A DNA stretch of 63,272 bases. Source: Flavobacteriales bacterium. GTDB taxonomy: Bacteria > Bacteroidota > Bacteroidia > Flavobacteriales_F > PHOS-HE28. The notes beneath the pieces were generated by a model that had not been told where the DNA came from, made no database searches, and saw nothing but the letters and a program-made list of their open reading frames with translations. Of this stretch, positions 1 to 9,800 are shown one piece after another. The stretch lies in assembly GCA_039933875.1 (NCBI GenBank), contig JBDTNF010000140.1, positions 1 through 63,272 on the forward strand, in the 5' to 3' direction. The position numbers and the translations under genes are program-made. Each line of letters begins with the position of its first letter. Position 1 is the first letter of the stretch.

Positions 1-2102
1 TGGTCATCACCGGCGTCGCGATTGCCTTTCTTCCCGATGCACCGGCCATGCCGCGTGCAGCCCGAGACCTCCGCGCACAATAGATAAACACCCGCATCGA
101 AGCCATTGACATCGAACAGCGTTTCCGATCGCGCCTTGGCTACTTCCCACACTGTGCGGCCTGCGGCATCCAGGAGGCGGAGCTTTGCGTTCGCGGGGCA
201 GGTGATCCGCACAATACCGTTCGCGGGATTTGGGAAGATGTTGAGCGCTGGGGAGGCGGATGCCGGATCGCCGAGGCCGGTACAGATGTACACGGTCACA
301 AGGAGGGTATCCGGAATGGTACATGTACCAGGGCTGTAGGCCGAGCCAATGAACTCATAAGTGCCGGGACCATGGGCCGGATCGAAGTACCCCGCCGCAC
401 TTGTTGGCGTAACGACTACCACTGAGTCGAAAGGACCGCTCACATCAACGGATGGTAATGTCCATGTGAAGGTCAGTATGTCATCGGTGGTGCAGCTTTG
501 TACATCGGGACCCATGCTATAGAAAAGGCATGCCAATAAGTTGAAGTAATCACCTTCCGCTGCGCAGACACCATTGGCCGCATTGAACGAGTAAAGGACC
601 GGCCCGGAATCGGGGCGAGCGGCGCAGGAGCGGTCCACCACCCCATCAGGGTCGGCAATTCCAGACCATGTGCCTCCACCGGGATCCGCAGCGTAAACCA
701 AAGGCGATACAGCGCAGTCATCTCCGAGAACACCACTGATCAAGGTGATCTGCGGTGTACCGACGACCTCGATGTTCTGCGCGGCCGTGCCGGGACACCC
801 GCCCAAGGGATCCGAAACGGTATAGGTTAGCGCGAACATTCCGGTTGCCGACGCTGTGAACACGTTGCCCGCCACATCGAGGCCGGTCCAGATCCCACCT
901 TGAGGCGTGGCGTGATCCAGCGGATAGGGATCTCCCGACGCGCAAAGGGTGTCGAAGGGTGCGAGGGAAACCGTGATCGTCGATACCTGCTGAAGCAGGT
1001 TCGGGTACCACCACATAAGCGAGGTATCGCGCTCGGAAAGGATAAGGTCCCCAGCACCATCACCGTTCAGATCAGCCACGTCGATGTGAAGCACGCGGAA
1101 AGGGTCCATCAGGTCGGCAGGTGCCGTGAGGGCGCCGTCCCCTTGGTCATAGTTCGACCATTGGACCGGGCCGTCCCACATATAGGTCTGCCAGATGATG
1201 CTTGCACTTGACCCGCAACCCAAATGGCCAGCCCAGCCCACATCATAAGTGGGCGCCCCTCCTCCCTGCAGGGTGATCAATCCGATGTTGTCAAAGCCAC
1301 CCCATACCCCATCCTCAACGAAACGATTCCTGGCCCACTTAACCTCGTTCTTGGCGTCCACAACATCCAAGTCGCCGTCTCCATCCATGTCCACAAGCTG
1401 CATTCCAGCATTGAGATATTCAAAGTTCATCAAGACGATGTCGCTGGGCCCCATTGAGCCTGTCCCATCTGTGTTCAGGCCTACTCTCAAGAAGTTGTTC
1501 CAATTCACCGTGATCAGGTCCTCGTCACCATCCATGTCCATGTCACCCGCTAAGAGCACAGGACTGGCCGGACCACCGTAATCCAGACTGTCAGTCTGCG
1601 TGAAATTTCCACCAGCGTTGACGAACCAACGGATGAAATTATCGGTTGTGATCAGCACCTCCGGTAGTCCATCCCCGGTCAGATCATCGCAAAGGAGCGC
1701 ACCAAGGCCGAACCATTGGGTGGTAGTGGAGATCAACTGGGGGAGGCCGAATTGGCCACCACCCAGATTGGTACACCAAACCAGGTCATGCCCTATTCCA
1801 ACGATGACCACGAGATCAGGATCGTCGTCATCGTTCAGATCAGACAGATCGAAAGGCCCCGAAAACTGCGGAAGGATCGTATCCGGCTGACCGAAATTCC
1901 CCAAGCCGTCGTTCTCCATCCATACCAGCGCACTGCCTTGCGGAACCACTATGTCCTGATCGCCATCGCCGTCAAGATCGGCTGTCTTCAGGGCGCTGGC
2001 CGAGACTTGATCCGTGATCAGGGTCGCAGGGCCGAACTGCGCCATTGCAAGGTGTGGAAGAAGCGACCCGAAGATCAGGCCGAGGTGTAGTAGCGGTCTC
2101 AT
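1..2102 (-). CDS. FG-GAP/VCBP-repeat secreted protein with T9SS type A C-terminal sorting domain (3' end runs off the window)
   Basis: This frame is not in the ORF track, so it has no in-window stop. Hand translation from the ATG at 2102-2100 gives MRPLLHLGLIFGSLLPHLAMAQ (signal peptide). It then shows DLDGDGDQDIV (about 1960) and VDMDGDGDLDVV (about 1400) repeats in the same frame. Near the left edge it reads IFPNPANGIVRI...DAGVYLL, a T9SS sorting-domain pattern. The N- and C-terminal stretches were checked by hand; the middle was only spot-checked. Confidence 0.75.
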   Translation of the reverse strand, partial: MRPLLHLGLIFGSLLPHLAMAQFGPATLITDQVSASALKTADLDGDGDQDIVVPQGSALVWMENDGLGNFGQPDTILPQFSGPFDLSDLNDDDDPDLVVIVGIGHDLVWCTNLGGGQFGLPQLISTTTQWFGLGALLCDDLTGDGLPEVLITTDNFIRWFVNAGGNFTQTDSLDYGGPASPVLLAGDMDMDGDEDLITVNWNNFLRVGLNTDGTGSMGPSDIVLMNFEYLNAGMQLVDMDGDGDLDVVDAKNEVKWARNRFVEDGVWGGFDNIGLITLQGGGAPTYDVGWAGHLGCGSSASIIWQTYMWDGPVQWSNYDQGDGALTAPADLMDPFRVLHIDVADLNGDGAGDLILSERDTSLMWWYPNLLQQVSTITVSLAPFDTLCASGDPYPLDHATPQGGIWTGLDVAGNVFTASATGMFALTYTVSDPLGGCPGTAAQNIEVVGTPQITLISGVLGDDCAVSPLVYAADPGGGTWSGIADPDGVVDRSCAARPDSGPVLYSFNAANGVCAAEGDYFNLLACLFYSMGPDVQSCTTDDILTFTWTLPSVDVSGPFDSVVVVTPTSAAGYFDPAHGPGTYEFIGSAYSPGTCTIPDTLLVTVYICTGLGDPASASPALNIFPNPANGIVRITCPANAKLRLLDAAGRTVWEVAKARSETLFDVNGFDAGVYLLCAEVSGCTRHGRCIGKKGNRDAGDD

Positions 2103-2360
2103 AGGGGTGGGTTTACCTGATCAATGTAGGCACAACGCTACCAGAAGACTACGCTGGATCGAGCATCTGGTCGGTGCCAGCGCGTGGTTGTCAAGTATGC
2201 ATTGCCCCAAGGGATAGGTGCTCGGATACCACTTTCTCGTCCATTCCCGCCATCCGCTCGATCGTGCTGTTACAAGGGTGACAGGCCAGTGAATTTTGGT
2301 TTCGTTGCAGGCCGGGAATGAGCCTGCCGCGAGAAGAAACAAATCAAACACCCAAACCAA

Positions 2361-3218
2361 ATGAACGCCCGAACCACCCTCCGAATTCTTCCCCTGGTTT
2401 TGCTCTGCCTATGCTCCACCCGCATCCATGCGCAGGATGTCCTTACCAACAACGCGCTCATCCAGATGGCACAGCTCGGTATGGGCGACGCGATCATCTT
2501 GAGCCAGATCGAGAACTCGAGCAACGATTTCGATGTGAGCACCAGCGCCTTGATGGAACTGAAGAAGGCCGGGCTCAGCGATGCTGTATTAGCCCAAGTG
2601 ATCCACGCGGCCAGGAACACGGCGCAGAAGGTGGTGGACCCGAACGACCCCCTGGCGCCGCACCGGCCGGGGGTGTACTATTTCAACGATAGTGGGGATC
2701 TCGTGGAATTGTTGCCCACCGTGACCTCCCAGACCAAGGATCGGGGCAGGATCGGCACTGCGCTGTCCTATGGCATCGCGAAGACCAAGATGGTCTCCCG
2801 GATCACAGGCTCAAACGCCAGGACGCAGCTACCGGCTGCAAGAGTGTTCTACTTCTACTTCAATCAACAAACCGCTTCTTTCGACCAGAACGCCATCTCG
2901 TTCTATGGGTTCCAACAAGCCACCAGTCCCAACGAGTTCACCCTCGCCGCGTTGGATCAGGTGAAGGACGTGCGCGAATTGGAAACCGGTTCCATGAACA
3001 ACTACACCTCGGAGTTCGGGATCGACGAGAAGCACACACGTCCGTTCGAGATCGAGCAGGTCGCTCCAGGCATCTTCAAGGTCACGCCTTCGGAACTGGC
3101 GCAGGGCGAATACTGTTTCGTCTACGCCGGCGCGGCTCCTTATGGGCACACACAGCAGAAGGTCTATGACTTCGGAGTCGGTATGGTCACCGGAAGCAGC
3201 GTGATCACCCGCCAGTAG
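2361..3218 (+). CDS. secreted hypothetical protein
   Basis: 285-aa ORF with N-terminal signal peptide MNARTTLRILPLVLLCLCSTRIHAQ. No family recognised. Confidence 0.6.
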   Translation: MNARTTLRILPLVLLCLCSTRIHAQDVLTNNALIQMAQLGMGDAIILSQIENSSNDFDVSTSALMELKKAGLSDAVLAQVIHAARNTAQKVVDPNDPLAPHRPGVYYFNDSGDLVELLPTVTSQTKDRGRIGTALSYGIAKTKMVSRITGSNARTQLPAARVFYFYFNQQTASFDQNAISFYGFQQATSPNEFTLAALDQVKDVRELETGSMNNYTSEFGIDEKHTRPFEIEQVAPGIFKVTPSELAQGEYCFVYAGAAPYGHTQQKVYDFGVGMVTGSSVITRQ

Positions 3219-3293
3219 CCGCGCGGACCGCGCATTCGCCCCCACCACTCTATACACGAAAAACCACCCTTGCACCCAACCAAAACCACGACC

Positions 3294-4346
3294 ATGAAAC
3301 CACTGATCCCAGCCATCGCCCTTGTGCTCTTTACAGGTGTCACGCACGCGCAGACAGGCGTCATCGCAGTTGAACATCCAAATGGCACGTCCTCATTCTA
3401 CTACATGCCGACTACCACTCTGAATGAGGTCCTCACAACCTATGTTGGAACGAATGATACCGTGATCCTTCCGGGGGGGATCATACCCTTCACGTACACG
3501 TTCCTGGACACCAAGGTGACGATCGTAGGGGCCGGCTTTCACCAGAATGGAGTTCCGGTAACAGGGAAAACCGTGATTCCATCCGTCAATTTCGGCTTGG
3601 AGATCGGAACGGGCGCCAACGGTTCCTCCTTTCACGGGATCGACTTTGAATCAACTGTTCATGTCGATTCAGATGTTCACGATGTCAGTTTCACGCGGTG
3701 CGAGTTCGCGGGCATGGAACTGGATCAGAATTTCAGCAACGACGCATACAACATCACCTTCAAGCACTGCCTCTTTCGCTCGTACGTCCAAGGGGGCCAG
3801 ACCACGTCACTGAACATTGACAATTGCGTGTTCCAGAGCTTCATCTCATTCAGTACCACAGCATCCGGCAACTCCATTCGCCACTGTCTATTCTTGAACG
3901 CGGACTTGAGCGCTACCCAGGTAACACAGGTGACTTTCACTGACAACATCTTCGTCTTCAACACTAGCGGCCCCGCTATCAATAACACCGGTCAGTTCTT
4001 CAACAACGTCTTCGCGTTGCCGACTTCAAGCCTTCCAACCTATGGAACCGGCACTTTCAGCGGCAATCAAACAACCTTTCCCGCCTCGGCTCTTTTCGCC
4101 GCAGGTACGCTGCTAACAGCGTTCGATTACAGCGATGACTTTACGCCCCTACCCGCTTCCATCGCCGTCACCATGGCGAGCTACGATGGCACGGATGCGG
4201 GCATCTACGGCGGCCTATCTGGCAGCCCATGGAAGCCATTGGCTCTCCCATTCAACCCACATTGGGAAGTCTTGGTCACACCTCCCGGTACAACGGGCGG
4301 CTTGCTCCAAGGTGTCCAGGTCCAAGGTTCCGCCCAGTCCAACTGA
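3294..4346 (+). CDS. secreted protein with parallel beta-helix-like repeats
   Basis: The ORF track starts at a TTG (3270). The ATG at 3294 gives MKPLIPAIALVLFTGVTHAQ (signal peptide). The middle has repeated ...F..C.F... strands (VSFTRCEFAG, ITFKHCLFRS, IDNCVFQS, IRHCLFLN, FTDNIFVF) typical of right-handed beta-helices. Confidence 0.55.
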   Translation: MKPLIPAIALVLFTGVTHAQTGVIAVEHPNGTSSFYYMPTTTLNEVLTTYVGTNDTVILPGGIIPFTYTFLDTKVTIVGAGFHQNGVPVTGKTVIPSVNFGLEIGTGANGSSFHGIDFESTVHVDSDVHDVSFTRCEFAGMELDQNFSNDAYNITFKHCLFRSYVQGGQTTSLNIDNCVFQSFISFSTTASGNSIRHCLFLNADLSATQVTQVTFTDNIFVFNTSGPAINNTGQFFNNVFALPTSSLPTYGTGTFSGNQTTFPASALFAAGTLLTAFDYSDDFTPLPASIAVTMASYDGTDAGIYGGLSGSPWKPLALPFNPHWEVLVTPPGTTGGLLQGVQVQGSAQSN

Positions 4347-4354
4347 TCCGAGCC

Positions 4355-6637
4355 ATGAAACGCATCTACACATCCATAATGGGCCTGGCGTTGCTCGCCC
4401 TTGGCGCACAGGCCCAGTCGCCGAACATCGTCGGCTACGAGTACTGGTTCGACCAGAATGATGCCGCGCGGGTCTTCGTGCCCGCAACCCCGGCCCCGAA
4501 CATCACCCTGACCAATGCCCCGTTCAATACCAACGGCCTTTCATTGGGACAACATGTGTCGCACTTGCGGCTGAAGGACAAACAAGGGAACGTCGTCCGC
4601 TGGAGCAGCGTGGTGACACGTGGCCTGCAAGTGGGCCAACCAGGTCCGTGGGAGATCGTGGCGGTGCGCTACTGGATCGGGTCACCAGCCAATGACACGG
4701 ACCCCTTGATCCGGTACAAATACTTCGATCTACCGCAAACGGAGATCGCTTACAGCGGGCTGCTGGACCTCTGCGGGTATACGGCAGGTTCGCAAACGCT
4801 CAAGCTCCAATTGCTCGACAACCACGGCCAATGGAGTTCGGTGATGTCAAAGCCCGTGACAGTGAACCCGGCTGGTGTATTGGGTGAACCCGCCATAAGC
4901 GCATCCAGCAACACGTTCTGCCCTGGTGATGTCATCACCTTCACAGCCACGCCGCAAAGCGGGACCGGGGTCGCCACACCTACCGGATACGATTGGCAAG
5001 TGCCCACCGGCAATGGATGGAGCGCGGAGCCATCGAACGGGAATGAGCTCGTAGTTACGATCGGCACAGTTTCGGGAACCGTGCAGGCAGCAGCAACGAA
5101 CTATTGCGGGATCGGAGCTACCGCATCCTACGCGGTGAACATACCGACGACGCCCGCTCAACCGGGCACCATCGGTGGACCCTTGCAAGCATGCGTTGGC
5201 AGCAACGCAGCGTACACGATACCCCAAGTGCCGGGTGTCACCTACGTGTGGGCGAACAACGCGGGCTGGCCGATGGATCCTTTGGGCGCGACCGTTCAAA
5301 CGACTATCGGCTCGGCGAACGCGACCATTACCGTGACGCCGTTCAATGCATGCGGAGTTGCTGGTCCACCGCGTACCGCGCAGATCGTGGTGACCGATCC
5401 GCCGAATGCCGGTGAGGATGGCATGCTGGCGATCTGTTCCAACGGCTTGCCCACCGATCTCTTCATGCAACTACAAGGAACGCCGAACGCTGGGGGCGTG
5501 TGGCGAACGAATGGTGTGATCGTATCGGGTATCTACAACCCCGCGATAGACAGCCCCGGTGTGTACACCTACACCGTCGTCGGCACGGGCCCATGCGCCG
5601 ATGCCAGCGCGAACGTGGTTGTCACGGAGCCACAGATGCCCAATGCCGGAACGAATACCACGGTAGCGCTTTGCAGCAATAATGCCCCGGTGCTCATGAC
5701 CATGCTGCTCGATGGTGCGCCGAACCCCACCGGGAGTTGGAGTGGCCCAAGCCCAACGGACGGGTTCTATGATCCGAACACCATGACCCCAGGGATCTAT
5801 ACCTATGTGGTCACCGGCATTGCGCCATGCCCCGATGCCAACTCAACCCTCATCATCAATGAAGACACGGCACCCAATGCCGGCAATGATGGCACTCTGG
5901 AGCTCTGCTACGATTCACCACCGACCTCGCTTATCAGCTACCTCGGCGGCAACCCCGACGTTAACGGCATCTGGTCCGGACCCGGTGGAACGTTCCCTGG
6001 AATATTCTTCCCCAGCCTTGATGCAGAGGGCCCATACATCTATAGCGTACCTGGGGTTGGCACCTGCGACAACGACAGCGCAACACTCGTTGTGAACGTG
6101 ATGGATCTTGGGCTCTCAGGTATTGACGGCCTTACAGATGTCCCGGATGTGGTACCACTAACCTACACCGCCCTGCCCGCGCTTGCCGACGCCGATTCCA
6201 TCTTGTGGACTCTGCCGCCGGGTTGGGAGTGGGCGCCGGACGACGTGGATCACTTCGATGCGATCGCCTTGGTTATTCCACCGGCTCAAGCAATGACAGA
6301 TAGCCTCTGCGTTCAGGCTTTCGGTGGTGGATGCACGGGGAATCTGGTGTGTTTTGTGGTTGACGTGACGGTCGGGGTGGCAGATGCCGAGGATGACGGA
6401 ACGGGGGTGCTTGTGTACCCAAACCCGAACAATGGCCGGTTCACAGTGCGCGCTTCAGTTACCCCGGACCAGATGACTTTCCGGCTCGTCAACGCCATAG
6501 GCCAGGAACTTGCTGAGTTTGGAATTGGAACCGGGGTTGTCAACGTTGATCTCGTGGGTTTAGCAGCCGGTATGTACACCTTGAGGTGGACGAGTCGATC
6601 GCGGACTGGTTCTCGAACGTTGATCGTGCTGTATTGA
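4355..6637 (+). CDS. large surface protein with T9SS type A C-terminal sorting domain
   Basis: The ATG at 4355 gives MKRIYTSIMGLALLALGAQAQ (signal peptide); the track ORF extends upstream to 4229. There are three tandem repeats of about 77 aa (PNAG..DG.L..C...P...). The C-terminus VLVYPNPNNGRFTV...GMYTLRW...LIVLY matches the T9SS CTD pattern. Confidence 0.8.
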   Translation: MKRIYTSIMGLALLALGAQAQSPNIVGYEYWFDQNDAARVFVPATPAPNITLTNAPFNTNGLSLGQHVSHLRLKDKQGNVVRWSSVVTRGLQVGQPGPWEIVAVRYWIGSPANDTDPLIRYKYFDLPQTEIAYSGLLDLCGYTAGSQTLKLQLLDNHGQWSSVMSKPVTVNPAGVLGEPAISASSNTFCPGDVITFTATPQSGTGVATPTGYDWQVPTGNGWSAEPSNGNELVVTIGTVSGTVQAAATNYCGIGATASYAVNIPTTPAQPGTIGGPLQACVGSNAAYTIPQVPGVTYVWANNAGWPMDPLGATVQTTIGSANATITVTPFNACGVAGPPRTAQIVVTDPPNAGEDGMLAICSNGLPTDLFMQLQGTPNAGGVWRTNGVIVSGIYNPAIDSPGVYTYTVVGTGPCADASANVVVTEPQMPNAGTNTTVALCSNNAPVLMTMLLDGAPNPTGSWSGPSPTDGFYDPNTMTPGIYTYVVTGIAPCPDANSTLIINEDTAPNAGNDGTLELCYDSPPTSLISYLGGNPDVNGIWSGPGGTFPGIFFPSLDAEGPYIYSVPGVGTCDNDSATLVVNVMDLGLSGIDGLTDVPDVVPLTYTALPALADADSILWTLPPGWEWAPDDVDHFDAIALVIPPAQAMTDSLCVQAFGGGCTGNLVCFVVDVTVGVADAEDDGTGVLVYPNPNNGRFTVRASVTPDQMTFRLVNAIGQELAEFGIGTGVVNVDLVGLAAGMYTLRWTSRSRTGSRTLIVLY

Positions 6638-6645
6638 TGAATATC

Positions 6646-6695
6646 CCTCATGTCGCAGGCCAACTTGTGCAAGCGGGACGGTCTGCGACATGAGG
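6646..6695 (+). terminator. stem-loop just after the 802-aa gene (possible terminator or attenuator)
   Basis: Perfect 13-bp inverted repeat: cctcatgtcgcag (6646-6658) and ctgcgacatgagg (6683-6695), with a 24-nt loop. It begins 9 nt after the stop codon and is followed by a T-containing stretch (cacttgcttacttg). There is no clean U-tract. Confidence 0.4.
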
Positions 6696-6860
6696 CACTT
6701 GCTTACTTGAGGAAATCATGGCTTCAACGCATCTTCACCGAACGGAGGCCCCAATGAACACTGGTTTGATCGCTGTGAACCCCCGATATTCGTTCTTGTG
6801 TTCAGCAATCTGCGGCAATCGATGAGGCGTTTTGACCTCGGATCTTTAGGCCTCCCCGCG

Positions 6861-9800
6861 ATGCGGGGCAGGTTGCAGATCTGTTTTTTCCTGACCCTGT
6901 GGTGCTCCTGCCTCAGCGTCACCATTGCCAAGGGTCAAACGATTTCCGCCGTTCCGCCTCAGGGATGCATCCCAAACGGCAATACGGTCCAATTCACGTT
7001 GAGCGAAGTTGCATGTGGAACTGCCGCGTGGACCATTCAGCCTCAGAGTGGAGGACCGGCTTTCATGGGTTCAGCGTGTCCTACTTACGCGCCCCCTGCT
7101 CTACCTGAGGGTTGTTACGATGTGAGCGTGGTGTACAATGGCAGCACATACACGTACCCGACCCCGTACTGCGTTTACTTGCGACCAACGCCCGCATTCA
7201 CTATCTCGCAGAGCACGGTTTGCGTTGGCGGCTGCATCCTGTTCACGGACCAAAGCGTTCCAGGTAGTTTTGGCGCGACCATCGGTCAGTACATCTGGAA
7301 TGTGGGTGTGCTGCCGCCCCCGCCCACGAACGAGGCCAACCCGCAGGTTTGCTATCCTGATCCCACACCGACCGCAGGCATCGTGCCCACGTTGCAGGTC
7401 ATTGCGGACAATGGATGCGCCTATCTCGGGTTCGTTTCGGGCGGCCCTATACATGTTCTCGACGACCCACCAGCGGCCTGTTTCACGGGCAGCCTCTTGG
7501 TTTGCACCAATGATGCGGTGGTCCCATACAATGCGGCTTGTTCAAGCACCTCGGGCAGTACCACACTTGCTTCGTACCACTGGAGCGTAATACCGGCGGC
7601 CATCATATCAGACGATACCGGCGCGAGCCCTACGATCACCTATCCCGGTATCGGCACCTACCAGGTGTGCCTTACTGTTACGAACAACATCGGTTGTGTG
7701 GATCAATCATGCGCGACTGTTGAGGTCTTCGATGTGCCGGACATCAATGTAAGCATCGCACCCTCACCAACATGTGCTGGCGTACCTGTCCAGTTCAACG
7801 CGCTCGTTACACCCGCGCCTGTTTCAGAGAACCAGATCACATGGCAGGTCCTGGATGGCAACGGGACTCCGGTTCTGCCCTCTTCTTCACCGGGATCGAG
7901 CCCTCCACCCTTCACCTTTCCCCTTGATGGTGGCTACCAGGTGGTCTGCGTGGTGACCTATTCCAGCGGTTGTGTGTTCACCGATACGGTGCCTGTACAG
8001 GTGAATGAACCGTTACAGGCCAGCTTCACCGTGGATGGGGAGACAACGATGTGTGCCGTACCGCATGCATTGTCGTTCACGTCCACCTCTATCGGAGCGG
8101 AAACCCTTCAATGGTCGGTGATGCCACCCATACCACCACCAGGCGGTACGTCGAACAGTCCCTTCAACCACATCTTCACCGACTTTGGGAATTACACAGT
8201 GACTTTAGCGGTGTCCAACAGCTTGGGCTGTTCGGACTCGAGCAGTTTGCAGGTAAACCTCATCGAACCCACGATAGGCCCTTTCTTCACCCTCCCGCCA
8301 AGCGCGTGCGCGGGTGCGAACATCACCACGAACAACTTTAGCCTGAACATCATCCCAGGCCAAGTGATCACCTATCACTGGGATTTCGGAGACCCCGTGG
8401 GCAATCCGCCAGTCGACCTATTGACTGACGCACCACCTATATGGGCATACTATGCCGCTTCAATCCCGCCGCCGCCTAACACGTACCCCGTTACTCTCAC
8501 GATAACAACGGAAGCTGGATGCACTGCAAGCGCAATGACGCAAGTGACCATAGAACCCTTCCCAGTGGAAGGCTTCGGACCTGTACAATCGCACTGTATT
8601 GGCGAACCGGCGAGCTTCTGCGCAACGGACCAGAATGCAGATGAGTACATCTGGCAATTGTGCCCGAGCTGTCCTTTGGTGACGACGACCACACCCTGCG
8701 TGGACTACGTGTATGCCAATGTGCCATTCGGACCGGCACCGAACGATGTGATCTGTTATGATGTTACGCTCACCGTAGTGAACGGCATAGGTGGTGGGTG
8801 CTCCGTTACGAGCACGGTAACAAATGCCGTGTGCCTGTGGGGTCCGATGGCCGACTTCGATCTCGTGCAGACATGCATCGACCCGCTTGAAGTGCAATTC
8901 AACAGTACTTCTTATGCTGCGGACTCACTGTTCTGGGAGTTCGGTGATTTCGTTGACCTTGAAGGTGATGCCGTGGATGACGCACCAGGGATACACACAC
9001 CCGGTCACACCTACGCAGAGGGCAGCTACGATGCCTGCCTAACCGTTTCGGCCGATACATCCGACTGCCCTCATCGCTATTGCCAGACCATTCACATCGA
9101 CATTCCCAGTGCCGACCTGATCATCAATAATTCGACCGGATGCTCTCCGCTGTGTGTGGAGTTGATCCCCAACGACCCGTTCAACATCCTTTGGGAAGTG
9201 GACTTTGGTAACGACACCATACTGATCGCCGAGGCTTGGCCACCGAACGCGGTGTATCCTGCCTATGATTCATGGCGGATCGAGGTTATCGTTGGCACGG
9301 ATCCCCCGGTCGTGAGCTACGTGCCATATGGTGAGAATTTCTTTCCAGATTGCGTATGGTATACGGCCATGGATACCTACACCATTACGGCCACTGCCAC
9401 GAATGTGAACGGCTGTACGAGCACTACCGCATACAGTGATACCGTCGAGGTGCTCACACCCGGCAACGTTGCGGCATTCACGTCAGTTGTGGTGAACATT
9501 TGTCCCGAGGTGGTCATCACCTGCACTCCGAATTTCGCGCTTGATGTAGCGAACTGGACCTATCCCTCTCCGGCATGGACAGGGATCGTCATCGCTGACC
9601 AACTCCATTTGTCGGGACCGACGGGATCGACCACAGTGCAGGTCGGTTTACAGGGAGTGCAAGGGAATTGCTTGAACAGCTTTCAGGCGGACATTCCCAT
9701 ACCAACGGTCCCGCCGCTGACCATTTCGGCTTTTCCTGCGACCGCCTGTTCGGGTGAAGTGGTGAACTACATAGCGGCATCCCCTGGTGTTTGGAGCAAT

